Origin: a virus
IMG/VR virus record: IMGVR_UViG_3300025015_000021
Coordinates: 29,902 to 93,901 of that record
DNA length: 64,000 nucleotides
Direction: 5' to 3' (one strand)
Shown piece after piece: positions 29,064 through 39,163 of this stretch (positions within the stretch are counted from its first letter, which is position 1; every line of letters starts with the position of its first letter). The position numbers were made by a program, and so were the translations under genes. Below the pieces are notes generated by a model. It did no database searches and was not told the origin of the DNA. It saw only the letters and a program-made list of their open reading frames with translations.

Positions 29064-30343
29064 AATTATGGAGTTAAATAATTATGAAGAAGGAAAATAT
29101 GATGAAGAATGGAAAGTTATCTTATCGAGTAAAGGAGAATATATTTTAAGTAAATATCAGGCTCTAATTTTAAAACAGGAAATAGCCAGTGGTAATAGAG
29201 CAACTGTTATGTTTAACACTTTTGCTATTGCTATTCCATACATAGTCGAATTTTATATAGTTAAAAAGTTCTTAAAAGGTGCATTTGTTTTACCTGAACA
29301 GGCAAACGAAGAACCCTATCAGCCGATACCAGAAGAAAAATGGAAAGAATTTAAAAAAGAAATTTATCAGAAAATCGGAAAAACATGAGTAGGTCTGGGT
29401 TTGTCGGTAGCAGAGAAGGTCTTATTAGAAGAAGTAGTTTTCGGAAGGAAATTATTAAACAGGCAAAAAAAGAGAGACAATGTTTAAACCATCCAAATGC
29501 AATATGGGGAAAAAATGGAATGGGGTATTATTGGCCAAGATGCAAAGAGGGGCATGAAAAAAATGAATCCTGCCAAAGCCAAGTTTGACTTGGTTAAACA
29601 AAATAAAAGGATTAATCCTGAGCAAAGCCGAAGGAGAAAATCATGGTTGTATGAAGATCCAGATGAACAAATTGATGCTTGGTGTAAAATCCACATTTCT
29701 GCCTGGAACCGAATATATGTGAGATGTCTTGCTGCCAATCAGCTTAAAAAGCAAGGCGTCACCGAAATAGGCAAATGTGAAGAAGGGGATTGACCCCGAT
29801 TTAATCGGGGTTGATTTTCTTATTTGAATATGTTATAATTGATACAATACTTTGACTTTGCCAAACTATGGATAATAAAAAAACGTTTAATATGATAGAA
29901 GATTTTTTTGTAAATGATCTCAAACGGCTCAAGAGACTTCAGGCTACTTTAAAGTTTGAGATAGACTACAAAGAAAAAAAACTTGAGGAAATGCAGATAA
30001 AGAAAAAAGAACTAATACCATGAAGAAAAAAATAAATAAAAATAATATAGGAGACAAATATCTCATCCCAAAGATCTATTTCACTGTCTATAAAAAGGAT
30101 GGAAGGACTAAGTACTACAAAAATTCCTCAAAACAAAGAATTGCTTCACTTATAGCTTCAACTAAACTTAAAGATTCGATAAAAAAAGCCCGTCTTAAAG
30201 TTATTTACGGCAAGGCTATGGGAGTTTTTGGAAAAATGGAGGTTTTTGACAATGAGATAGAGGGAGATATTTCAGATATCAAGTGGGGCTTGCATGCCTT
30301 CATGGATAATGATTTGTTTATCAGAAAAACTAAGGGGAGGTGA
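29023..30343 (+). other. Hypothetical genes downstream of the initiator (29023-29388, 29385-29588, ~29555-29793, 29868-30023, 30020-30343)
   Basis: Overlapping co-oriented ORFs; promoter TTGATT-17-TATAAT at 29811-29839. Confidence 0.55.
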
Positions 30344-30349
30344 TAAATT

Positions 30350-31042
30350 ATGGCAGACAACAAAGTTGCAGTAAAACTCGAAAGCTCAAAAGAAGTTGCA
30401 CCCATTAAGAGTGCTGTTTCCATAAGGGGACTTGAAGAAATTCCCTCAAACATTATCCCAGTCCCGTTTTATAAACTGGTTCAACCTGGTTCAACCAATA
30501 TAACATTGGCAGATGGTACAGATGCGTCTCCTGGAACTATTTTTATGATGGACTCAGGAGATGCTCAGGATACCCTAAAGTTTGCTTTGCTTCGTGCAAA
30601 AAGGCTCAATCGGGAATTTACAAATGACCAGGGAGAACTGGTGCGGACAACAACTATTGGGATTTTGGGAATAAACATTGCCAATTTCACACCTTTTATT
30701 CTTAATGTTCCGGTTTCTTCGTTTTCAAATTTCGGAAGACTTATTAAACAGCTTAAAGATAAAAAGGCAGAGTTTGCATGGAAGTTTCCCATTATGGCAA
30801 CATCAGAGAAACAGGAACAGCTCAAGCAGACAACAAGAGGACAGCAAATGGTCAAGTACTTTACCTTAAATTTTCAGGTAGGAACCAAACCATTTTCGGA
30901 AGATGAAGCTTCTCTCCTCTCCGATGCCTATGAGGAATTTGCTTCTTCATTGGATAGAACGGGGGAAATGGAAGAAACTCCTCCAGCAAGAAAGGATAAA
31001 GAAGAGGAGAATGAAGAAGAAAAATCAGATGTTCCTTTCTAA
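30350..31042 (+). CDS. Probable ssDNA-binding/recombination protein
   Basis: Beta-rich body with an acidic tail ending DVPF, typical of SSB tails; strong SD. Confidence 0.6.
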   Translation: MADNKVAVKLESSKEVAPIKSAVSIRGLEEIPSNIIPVPFYKLVQPGSTNITLADGTDASPGTIFMMDSGDAQDTLKFALLRAKRLNREFTNDQGELVRTTTIGILGINIANFTPFILNVPVSSFSNFGRLIKQLKDKKAEFAWKFPIMATSEKQEQLKQTTRGQQMVKYFTLNFQVGTKPFSEDEASLLSDAYEEFASSLDRTGEMEETPPARKDKEEENEEEKSDVPF

Positions 31043-31081
31043 AATCAGGTATCAGATGGTATCTTTAGGAGGTGATAATAG

Positions 31082-31345
31082 ATGTTGATGCTTAAAAAAG
31101 TTCTTCTTATTGTTGGATTTATTTTAGTTATTTTGGCTTCTTTCAATGAGGCAACTGCTCTTCAGCTTTTGCCATTTGTGGCATTGGGAGTATTGGCTTA
31201 TTTTGAGATGTACCAGAAAAAAAATGTCAATCTCTATATAGTTTTGCTTTCGGTAGGAATGGTAATTATTAATTTACTTATCCCTTCTTACATTGATGTT
31301 GTATTTTGGGCTGTAGCGGGAGTGGCTTTCTGGCAAACAAAATGA
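31082..31345 (+). CDS. Small multi-pass membrane protein
   Basis: Three to four hydrophobic segments; AGGAGGTGA SD. Confidence 0.65.
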   Translation: MLMLKKVLLIVGFILVILASFNEATALQLLPFVALGVLAYFEMYQKKNVNLYIVLLSVGMVIINLLIPSYIDVVFWAVAGVAFWQTK

Positions 31346-31448
31346 AAAAATACAGACGCAATAGGGATTTTAGATATTTTATATTAGGATTTATTATTGG
31401 CTATATTATAGGCACAATAGCTTTTGTAAGTTTGCTTTTGATATTAGA

Positions 31449-32183
31449 ATGAAAAAGATAATACTAGACTTATGCGGAGGAACAGGGGCTTGGTCAGCAC
31501 CTTATAGGGAGGCTGGATATGATGTGATGGTTATAACTTTGCCAGATTACAACATCCTCAATACTGAATTTAGAGAAGATGGGATATTCTTTCCAACACC
31601 CTTGAAATTACAGCGACATATTCATTATCAGGAGATTTATGGAATAATCGCAGCTCCGCCTTGCACTATGTTTTCTTTCGCCCGAACCAACGCTAAAACT
31701 AGAAGAAATTTAAGGGAAGGTATGGAAATAATAAATGCTTGTCTTAACTTAATCCACGAGGCACAATACAGAATTGTAAGTGACCAGCAGAAATACCCCC
31801 CCCTAAAGTTTTGGGCATTAGAAAATCCCTACTACGCAATGACACGATGGTTTTTAGGTAAGCCAGCTTTTATATTTGACCCTTGGGAGTTTGGGCATAA
31901 TTATAAAAAGAAAACAGCTCTTTGGGGACATTTCAATGAGCCTGTTAAGACAGTTAAGGTAGTTACAGATGTTATGTCTGAGGAAGATTTAGCAAAGTCT
32001 AAGACAAATAGTAGGAAATTACCTAAGTTTGATATGTTAACCATGAAAGAAATAAAAGCCATGAAAAATATGGCAGGTAGTAATAACCAATTAGATTACT
32101 GGAAGAACGCTAAAACAAGACAAGCTATGAGAGCAATAACACCTAGAGGATTCGCAGAAGCATTTTATAGAGCAAATAGTTGA
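31449..32183 (+). CDS. C5-cytosine DNA methyltransferase (short phage type)
   Basis: ILDLCGGTG, AAPPCT, LENP, YKKKTALWG, RAITP.GFAEAF. Confidence 0.85.
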   Translation: MKKIILDLCGGTGAWSAPYREAGYDVMVITLPDYNILNTEFREDGIFFPTPLKLQRHIHYQEIYGIIAAPPCTMFSFARTNAKTRRNLREGMEIINACLNLIHEAQYRIVSDQQKYPPLKFWALENPYYAMTRWFLGKPAFIFDPWEFGHNYKKKTALWGHFNEPVKTVKVVTDVMSEEDLAKSKTNSRKLPKFDMLTMKEIKAMKNMAGSNNQLDYWKNAKTRQAMRAITPRGFAEAFYRANS

Positions 32184-32185
32184 GT

Positions 32186-32767
32186 CTAGGGGCAAGCAAG
32201 AATAGAATATGAAAGCTATAGGAAGAAATAAACTATGTCTTTGTGGAAGTGGCAGAAAGTTTAAGGACTGCCATATAGTGCAAGTTGAGAATGATAAACC
32301 TTTTAGATTTTATCAGCAGATATTTCAGGATGATGAGGGAAATATAGTAAAGAGAATGGATTTCGTGTTTAAAGTAAAAGGAACTGAATTATTACCAGCA
32401 GATATTAAGAAAGTAAAAACATATTTTTTAAACATAAAAACCAATATGTTAGTAGATAAAACAAAACCTATTAAAAAACAGATTGCAGCTCAAGTTAAAG
32501 AGTTTAAAGAACACATAGAATCTAAATTACTGAATACATAAAGCAAGAATAGAATGAAAGTAATACTAGAATTAGAAAAAGTAGCAGAAGCAGAGGAATC
32601 GGATGAAATAAGAGATTTTTTACAAAGTGGTAATTATGAAGGAGAAGTGATTACCAAATACAAAGGCTTAGTAATTTCAAGGAGAATGATTAAGAATAAA
32701 AATGCTACTTCACTAAATACTATTACAACTAAGTTAAAACTAGATACTAGGGGCAAGCAAGAATAGA
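32186..32767 (+). repeat. Gene-junction direct repeat CTAGGGGCAAGCAAGAATAGA
   Basis: Exact 21-mer at 32186-32206 and 32747-32767; partial AAGCAAGAATAGA at 32541; each immediately precedes or overlaps a start codon. Confidence 0.8.
32209..32541 (+). CDS. SEC-C motif protein
   Basis: IGRNKLCLCGSGRKFKDCH. Confidence 0.8.
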   Translation: MKAIGRNKLCLCGSGRKFKDCHIVQVENDKPFRFYQQIFQDDEGNIVKRMDFVFKVKGTELLPADIKKVKTYFLNIKTNMLVDKTKPIKKQIAAQVKEFKEHIESKLLNT

Positions 32768-32904
32768 TGACAGCAATACTTTCAACAATTCGTTGTCCGA
32801 AATGCAAAAAGCAAGTTGATAGTCTTTATTGGGTAAAGAAAATTCTATGGTTTAACATTTACAGATGCGGTATTTGCAAAAGGAAATATGCCAATAAAAA
32901 ATAA
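32554..32904 (+). other. Two small hypothetical genes (32554-32766; 32767-32904 with CPKC/CGIC zinc finger)
   Basis: ORF track plus hand translation. Confidence 0.55.
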
Positions 32905-33223
32905 ACTACCAGAATTGCGTGAGCATGAAATACAAACTCAGTGTATGAATTACCTTAAAGCCAAAGGATTTTACTGTCTCAGGCTCAATAGTGGTAAATA
33001 TAGCGTTGGTGAAGGCAGGAATCGCAGATTTATCATGGGACAGGAAGCAGGAACTCCCGACATTTTAGCAATAAAATACGGCAAGTGCTATTTTTTTGAA
33101 ATTAAGAAACCGAAAGGAAAACTTACTTTTTATCAAAAGCATAAAATGAAGGAGCTAGAAGGGTACGGAGCAAGGTGTTATGTTATTCATTCCCTTGAAG
33201 AAATGCAGGGAATTATAAAATGA
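32888..33223 (+). CDS. VRR-NUC (PD-(D/E)XK) nuclease/resolvase
   Basis: EHEIQ, GTPDI, FFEIKKP.GKL...Q. Confidence 0.88.
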   Translation: MPIKNKLPELREHEIQTQCMNYLKAKGFYCLRLNSGKYSVGEGRNRRFIMGQEAGTPDILAIKYGKCYFFEIKKPKGKLTFYQKHKMKELEGYGARCYVIHSLEEMQGIIK

Positions 33224-33385
33224 AATGCAAGCATAAAAACTGGACATATTTTAAGAAAAAGAGAGAATGTGTGGATTGTGGAAAAACTCTGTCCAAAGAG
33301 AAGTTCTCATTAAAAGAGCTTATCTACGCTATTTTATTTTGTCGTAGTTATAAGAACTGTATCAGTCTGTGTCGTAGATATGGAC

Positions 33386-33903
33386 TTAAATCTTCTTTGC
33401 CTCTCTAATTATCTCAAAAGCATCTTCCTTCATTCCCTCGCCTACTAAATCATGGAATAAATCCAAGCTTATATTTCTTAAAGCATCAATCAAGTCTGGG
33501 GAAACATGGAATGTAACATTTTCTCCTTTTGTAGATTGGTAGGCAAATGTACCTTTCTCATAACCTGGGACTGAATCGGCTTCTTCAAGACTATGCTCAA
33601 TCCAATTTGTCATAGCAAGAACATAAGCAAACCTATAAAGTCTCTGTTCCTGATAAGGAGTATATTTTTCCTTTTCTTTCACTTAGCATCTTGCCTTTCG
33701 TATATAGTATGTCTTGGTTTTCTATCCTTATAATCAAATAATGTTCCATAAACTCTTGGTAAGTCTGGTTTTTTTCTGCGTTCTGCTAATTCCTGCTCTA
33801 TCACAACTTCTCTTTCCCCGATAAAAAGAGTAATGGTGGGATCACGAAGTTTCCAAGTAATTAAACTACTAATAAGTGTTTCTCTCTCTTTCTTAGGCGA
33901 CAC
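33386..33903 (-). other. Two hypothetical genes ending the late operon (33386-33682, 33679-33903)
   Basis: Overlapping ORFs converging on the plus-strand arm. Confidence 0.55.
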
Positions 33904-34141
33904 CTGTAATTCTCCTTGCTCCTTGATAGATTGCAGTTAAACCAATACCTATACCTACTGCATCTTTTACTCTGTTTGCTATTTCATTGCCTAAGTCAGA
34001 GGGTATAAAGCCTAAAACAAATGCTACTGCAACTGAAAGTAGGAATTTCTGTTCTGTAGTTAATTTTACCCGTAGGCCTATGGCCCATACTGATCCAAAC
34101 GCTATAAGTGCGTTAGGAGATAATTTAAGAATTTCTTCCAC
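33893..34141 (-). CDS. Probable holin
   Basis: 82 aa, two to three hydrophobic helices, close to the amidase; AAGGAGGTG SD with GTG start. Confidence 0.6.
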   Translation of the reverse strand: MEEILKLSPNALIAFGSVWAIGLRVKLTTEQKFLLSVAVAFVLGFIPSDLGNEIANRVKDAVGIGIGLTAIYQGARRITGVA

Positions 34142-34258
34142 AAGTTACCACCTCCTTTCTTATGTTTATGTTTCCTCTTAAAAGTCTCAAGATGGCTCTT
34201 GTATTTTGTTCTGATTCCCGAACCGCAAACATTACACTGACCTTTATACAAAAGCATA

Positions 34259-34612
34259 TTACTTCCAAAACAACAATTTTTTAAGAAATCCCCCATCTGG
34301 GATTCGTATTATCTTCTTCTTTTTAATTACTTCTTTTACATCCTCAATCTTACCCTTAATTACAGCCTGGGTCTCTTTAACTTCATCCTTTATCTCCTCA
34401 GTCTTTAGGTCTTGGTGCTGTCTTTGGGAAACTGTAAACTGTTTAAGCGAGGCGAGAGAGGCAAGGACTTCCTCAGTCATTTCTTTTTGGGTTTCTACTT
34501 TCTTATCAGTAATATCAAGATCATGTCTCAATTCTTTTACTTCCCTAGTAAGACGATTTATAGCACCTTCGGTGTTCTCTTTTTCTACTTGTTTATCTTC
34601 GTCTTTATTCAT
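34259..34612 (-). CDS. Coiled-coil hypothetical protein
   Basis: Heptad-rich, amphipathic C-terminus. Confidence 0.55.
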   Translation of the reverse strand: MNKDEDKQVEKENTEGAINRLTREVKELRHDLDITDKKVETQKEMTEEVLASLASLKQFTVSQRQHQDLKTEEIKDEVKETQAVIKGKIEDVKEVIKKKKIIRIPDGGFLKKLLFWK

Positions 34613-35394
34613 TTAGATATAAGAGTTTTAAGTTTATTTAATTTTATCCACCAAAATCCTGATCCATAGAGAATATCATGTGCTTTCTTGACAATCTCCT
34701 TTTCAGGACATTCTACTGGTGTAGGTTCAGGTTCAGGGGCAGGAGTAGGTTGTGGAATAGGCTGATTGGAAGGAGGTTGTGGAGGTACAGGTTCTTGCGG
34801 AATACTCCATGTGGGCTGGGGATTGGGATAACCCTGATATCTGTCATCTACAATTCTTGATCTTAAGGTATCCGCACCGTCTCTCCATACAGGAGAGGGA
34901 CAGGTAGTTTGATTAAAGTCCCGATGACCTTTTATCTGTCCCCATTCCTTAAGATTCGGGTACTGGGGCATATTCTCTAAGAAGTGCTTTGCCAGAAGGT
35001 ATGCGGAGTGGACTTGGGCTGATGTTGGCAGAACCTTCGTGAAATCGCCTACAAGGCATGCAGAAAACATTATGTTGTTAAATCCTCCAACCGCACTGCC
35101 CCCATGCGAAAGATCGCCTACATAAGCAACAGTACCCTCGGAGCATATAATAAATCTGTATCCCACACCTCCCCAACCGTTTCCGTTCACATGGTATCCT
35201 GCAATAACATCACATTCCTTCTTCCAGTTGCCGTCATCTTTCGCAGTTTGTGCAGTCACACTGTGGTGGAATGTGAAATATTTAATTTCGGTTGTGGTAA
35301 TGGTAGGCCCCCAATTATAGCTATCCCCAATTATGTCATCTCTATAATCAGCAAATTTACTTTCCAATGTAGGTATGGTTAAATTTACGCTCAT
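34609..35394 (-). CDS. Endolysin, N-acetylmuramoyl-L-alanine amidase (Amidase_2/PGRP-like)
   Basis: FHHS, H...NGWGGVGYRFII..EG, CLVGDF, GHRDF..TTCP; Pro-rich linker. Confidence 0.9.
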   Translation of the reverse strand: MSVNLTIPTLESKFADYRDDIIGDSYNWGPTITTTEIKYFTFHHSVTAQTAKDDGNWKKECDVIAGYHVNGNGWGGVGYRFIICSEGTVAYVGDLSHGGSAVGGFNNIMFSACLVGDFTKVLPTSAQVHSAYLLAKHFLENMPQYPNLKEWGQIKGHRDFNQTTCPSPVWRDGADTLRSRIVDDRYQGYPNPQPTWSIPQEPVPPQPPSNQPIPQPTPAPEPEPTPVECPEKEIVKKAHDILYGSGFWWIKLNKLKTLISK

Positions 35395-35591
35395 ATTATT
35401 GGTTTTTCAAATCTCATCTGAATCACCAAGCGTTTTTGTATAGTATGACTCGGACTTTCAACTACTTTAACATAGGTTTTAAAGTCGCTTTCATATCCTA
35501 AATGTCTTGCCTACGGCTCAACATATTGGGCAAAATTCCCCAAAATGTCTGTTACTTCTCCCTGATTTGCTAATGGTAGTCTTTCTTTCAT
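35391..35591 (-). pseudogene. 66-codon ORF with one in-frame TAG (nonsense allele or read-through gene)
   Basis: MKERLP...YVEP*ARHLGY...KPII; ATGA overlaps with both neighbours; TAG at 35511-35513. Confidence 0.55.
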
Positions 35592-35923
35592 TTTGTTATT
35601 CTTATTATGTCAAAGACAACTTTTAAGGCAAAGCTGACTATTGCTCCTATAATTGCCGCAACTCCTACAATTATTTTATAAGTCAGTTTATATTCTCTTA
35701 TCCATTGTTCATGTTCATAAATAAGAGGAACTATTTTTGTAGGGTCATATTCGGTTCTTATTTTTTCCATCAGGTTCATTTGCTGTTCCAAAGTTATAAT
35801 TCTTGCAGTTGTTCCGTCTTTTAGTTCTTTTATATCACCTACAATTTGATCAACCTTGGAATCAAGGCGGATAAGTAAATCTCTGTCTGCTCTTGTAAAT
35901 ATTTCTCTATTGGATGTTGCCAT
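35588..35923 (-). CDS. Coiled-coil protein with C-terminal transmembrane helix (lysis-cassette membrane protein)
   Basis: DRDLLIRLDSKV..RIITLE coiled coil followed by IIVGVAAIIGAIVSF. Confidence 0.65.
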   Translation of the reverse strand: MATSNREIFTRADRDLLIRLDSKVDQIVGDIKELKDGTTARIITLEQQMNLMEKIRTEYDPTKIVPLIYEHEQWIREYKLTYKIIVGVAAIIGAIVSFALKVVFDIIRITK

Positions 35924-35931
35924 TTTATCTT

Positions 35932-35988
35932 AAAAACAAAAACCCTAAGACCTTTATTAATGGCTTTTGCCATCTAATCTTAGGGTTA
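35932..35988 (-). terminator. Hairpin plus U-tract immediately upstream of the lysis cassette
   Basis: Minus strand AACCCTAAGA...TCTTAGGGTT followed by TTTGTTTTT. Confidence 0.55.
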
Positions 35989-36002
35989 AGACAAACCATA
36001 AA

Positions 36003-36584
36003 CTACTGCCAAACTTGATATGGTGTGTCTGATTTAGTTTTCTGTTCTTCTTCGGGTTTGTTCCAAGGTTCTATGGCATTTGGTACTGTCAAATCTACCG
36101 GTTCTCCTTCTGCATATGCTAAAAGTTCCGAAAATGGAAGCCTTTTTTCTTTGCCCAAATAAAATCCTAGTTTTGTTAAAGTTTCCGTATTTTTTACCCA
36201 ATATCGCTTTTCTCCTTTGACTAAATAAACTTTGTCTCCTGTTTCATCCGAACGGATAGTAAACATTCCAGATTCATCTTGTGTTCCATTTGATTCAGGT
36301 ATATTGAGAATAACCTCAGTTGGGGTTGGTTCTGAGGCTGGTTCTACCAGGGCTATTGGTGGAGATTCTACAGGGATTTCGGTTGTAGGTGTTTCTGGAA
36401 TGATTGGAGTTTCTTCTGGGGTTTCTGTTAATGGAGTTTCATTAGGATTTTCTGGCTGTGCTGGTTCGGGTTGTCCATCAGCTTCAGTTGGTTCTCCTAC
36501 TATTTCTCCCTCTACTATAGTGGTGAGTGGAGTCGAATCCATTTCAGGCTCTTTTGTAGATTGGTCTGTTTGTAAATTATCCAT
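36003..36584 (-). CDS. Pro/Glu/Thr-rich protein with a C-terminal VYLVKGEKRYW module
   Basis: Low-complexity acidic N-terminal half; own promoter TTGACT-17-AATAAT at 36624-36652. Confidence 0.65.
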   Translation of the reverse strand: MDNLQTDQSTKEPEMDSTPLTTIVEGEIVGEPTEADGQPEPAQPENPNETPLTETPEETPIIPETPTTEIPVESPPIALVEPASEPTPTEVILNIPESNGTQDESGMFTIRSDETGDKVYLVKGEKRYWVKNTETLTKLGFYLGKEKRLPFSELLAYAEGEPVDLTVPNAIEPWNKPEEEQKTKSDTPYQVWQ

Positions 36585-36670
36585 GTTATTATTGTTATTA
36601 TTTATACTGAACTTGTTGAATATATTATTTCAATTATTTTTTCAAAAGTCAATAACCAAGTTTGACTTGA

Positions 36671-36913
36671 TCAATTCCCTAATTTAGTTTTCTTTTCTTT
36701 TCTAATTAGTATTTTCTTTTCTCTTTGATTTAAGAAATTCATTACTGCTTTTCTTTCATAAAGAAAAGAAGAACCAATTTTATCTTTAGGTACTATTTTC
36801 TTGGTAGCCCGCCACATCGCTACAGTGTTGGGGTGAACACTTGCAAGACTGACTATTTCTCCAGTTGTGATAAAAGGCCTTGTCTCGCCTCTGGCGGATC
36901 TGTCTGTATTCAT
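36671..36913 (-). CDS. MerR/excisionase-type HTH DNA-binding protein
   Basis: ITTGEIVSLASVHPNTVAMWR; promoter TTGCTT-17-TATAAT at 36923-36951 gives a near-leaderless transcript. Confidence 0.72.
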   Translation of the reverse strand: MNTDRSARGETRPFITTGEIVSLASVHPNTVAMWRATKKIVPKDKIGSSFLYERKAVMNFLNQREKKILIRKEKKTKLGN

Positions 36914-36953
36914 ATTATGGGTATTATAACATAGAAATTACAAAAAAGCAATA

Positions 36954-37178
36954 CTAAGTTTTGTTTTGCTCTCTTTGTCTATCAAAATAGAGAATTTTAG
37001 TTCTAAAAAGGCCACAGACCTTGCATGCTATTGCGGCGATTACTTCAACCTTTGTTTCATCGGTAGAGATTTTTTCAAAACCAAGAGGAATAAATTCATG
37101 CCGACAGATTTTTTCGTACTGTGATTGTCGAGTTTGACTCGATCTATCCTGATTCCTGATTCCTGATTCATTATTCAT
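36954..37178 (-). CDS. Small Zn-finger hypothetical protein
   Basis: CRHEF...CKVCG. Confidence 0.55.
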   Translation of the reverse strand: MNNESGIRNQDRSSQTRQSQYEKICRHEFIPLGFEKISTDETKVEVIAAIACKVCGLFRTKILYFDRQREQNKT

Positions 37179-37250
37179 AACTTATAATTTATAACTAATA
37201 ACCTATAGCAATATCTTCAGTTATCCTATAATAAATAGGGAACTGTCTAG

Positions 37251-38327
37251 TTACCCTATAATAGCACTTGCCCCTCCGCAAAAGTTAAATCCCCCTATGC
37301 TCTCAGATGCCGCAGGATTAGTGCTTCCGGTTCTTGAGCAAGCTTCTATTCTTGTTCTTCCAACTGCTCCATCTCCCCCTCCGCCTTCCTGAGCTCCTCC
37401 AAGTGCTGTAATCTGATTTGTTCCAAGAGTTATTCTTTGTCCTTTTAATAGTGCAGAACCTCCAGCACCTCCTCCCTCTCCATAGGGTGAATCTCCCCTC
37501 GTAGCATTTCCTCCATTTAAGCTTACAGAACCTGTTACTGTAATTATTCTTGCAAAAAGTATAAACATTCCTCCACCAAAGCCCTCTACGGCATTATCGG
37601 TACTGGTATTATTTCTAGTTCCACCTTCTCCTCCTGCCCCACCAAGAGACATTGTAGTCAGATCTGCTGATCCAACCGCTGATCCTCCAGTAGCGGGGGT
37701 ACCTCCATTTACTCCCGTGCTATTACTTCCAGTAGCCCCATTTCCCCCGCCAGCTCCTCCACTAGCGGGCATACTCGCATCTCCACCTCCCCCTAGGCCT
37801 CCTCCCCCACCATTTCCGTTTGCAGAAGTTGTACGAGTATAAGTGGCACCAGCTGTTCCTTCTCCTTGTCTTCCCGTTTGTTGTTGAGTAGACCCTCCTC
37901 CCGCACCCCTAAATCCTTTTCCCGCTAAATTAAAAGTCCCATCAAGAAGTGCTTGACCAGTACAGGCAAGGGCTATAATTCCACCAACACTTCCATTCCA
38001 AGATTTAGCAGTTAAAGAGCCCGATATAGATGAATATTGTTTTACAACTAAAACTTGAGCTCCAGAAGCATATGTATAATCGAGATTATTTAGTGTAGTT
38101 ATTGTTCCTGCTGAATAGGAAACTATATAATTGACTTCCCATTGTGTATTACCTGTTCCCTGTGTTTGATGTATAAAAATCATCTGCCCGGCGGCAAACG
38201 ATCCATTGGTTGCAGATAAAGAAGTCGCTCCGGCTGTGCCATTACAAGCAGAATCTATTGGAGAATCAGTACCTGAGAGAGTTACATTTCCATCTCCTCC
38301 TCCCCCAAAATTTATGAATTGACTCAC
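37251..38327 (-). CDS. Glycine-rich tail fibre/receptor-binding protein
   Basis: FGGGGDG start, WNGSVGGIIAL, GKGFRG, polyglycine runs; end of the tail module. Confidence 0.7.
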   Translation of the reverse strand: MSQFINFGGGGDGNVTLSGTDSPIDSACNGTAGATSLSATNGSFAAGQMIFIHQTQGTGNTQWEVNYIVSYSAGTITTLNNLDYTYASGAQVLVVKQYSSISGSLTAKSWNGSVGGIIALACTGQALLDGTFNLAGKGFRGAGGGSTQQQTGRQGEGTAGATYTRTTSANGNGGGGGLGGGGDASMPASGGAGGGNGATGSNSTGVNGGTPATGGSAVGSADLTTMSLGGAGGEGGTRNNTSTDNAVEGFGGGMFILFARIITVTGSVSLNGGNATRGDSPYGEGGGAGGSALLKGQRITLGTNQITALGGAQEGGGGDGAVGRTRIEACSRTGSTNPAASESIGGFNFCGGASAIIG

Positions 38328-39163
38328 GAATTTACCTCCATTTTAATAGGTATAAACTCATCTTCAATAAATCCTTTAGTCATTAAATTAAAATTAAAGT
38401 ATGATTCCCATTTTCTCTCATGTCTTTTAACTAATTTATTATCACAAAAATCACAAATAGTAATTCCATTTGTAATTATAAATCTTAATTCGGGATAGTC
38501 TTTAAATGTTTTAATATGATTGGCTACTATTTTTGTACCTTTATAGCCACAAATTTGACAAGTCCAATGGTCACGCTTATAAACTTGTAATCTCCATTGT
38601 TTATAATTAAAAGAACCCCTTAAAAGTTTAATTGGGTTATCTGGTCCACCTTTCCAATGATAATTATTTGGACCAGATATTTTAGCGATATGTTCTTTTG
38701 ATAATTTTCTTCCTCTTAGAACTAGTCCTTTTTTAATTTGTGATTCTATAGTAAAAATCTGTTTTGCTCTTGCTCTTTTTATTGCTTCTATTTTACATTC
38801 TTTTGAACAAGTTTTGTGTTTATTTACCCATTTATCCCCTCTATAAATAATCATTTCTTTGTTACAAATTATACAAAAGCTTTTCTTTTTTAGTCCTTTA
38901 TTATGAGGAATATAGCCTTTTTTGAAAGATCCGCTGTTTGGTTTTACTAATCCTTTAGTATCTTTATTCCATGGAATTAGTCCTTTATGTGATTCAATTA
39001 ATTTCTCTTTATGTTCTTCTGAAAGTTTTATTCCTTTTCTATGAGAAGGCTTTCCTATTTTTGATTCTCCAAGACATTTTTTTGAACAATATTTAGCTGT
39101 CCTTTCACGATAAGGATAAATTTCAAAAGCCTTTTTACAATTTAGGCAGATTTTATTAATCAT
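38324..39163 (-). CDS. NUMOD3/HNH homing endonuclease
   Basis: LSEEHKEKL, PWNK, HWKGG, RDHWTCQICG, NHIK...ELRF..NGITIC. Confidence 0.85.
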   Translation of the reverse strand: MINKICLNCKKAFEIYPYRERTAKYCSKKCLGESKIGKPSHRKGIKLSEEHKEKLIESHKGLIPWNKDTKGLVKPNSGSFKKGYIPHNKGLKKKSFCIICNKEMIIYRGDKWVNKHKTCSKECKIEAIKRARAKQIFTIESQIKKGLVLRGRKLSKEHIAKISGPNNYHWKGGPDNPIKLLRGSFNYKQWRLQVYKRDHWTCQICGYKGTKIVANHIKTFKDYPELRFIITNGITICDFCDNKLVKRHERKWESYFNFNLMTKGFIEDEFIPIKMEVNS

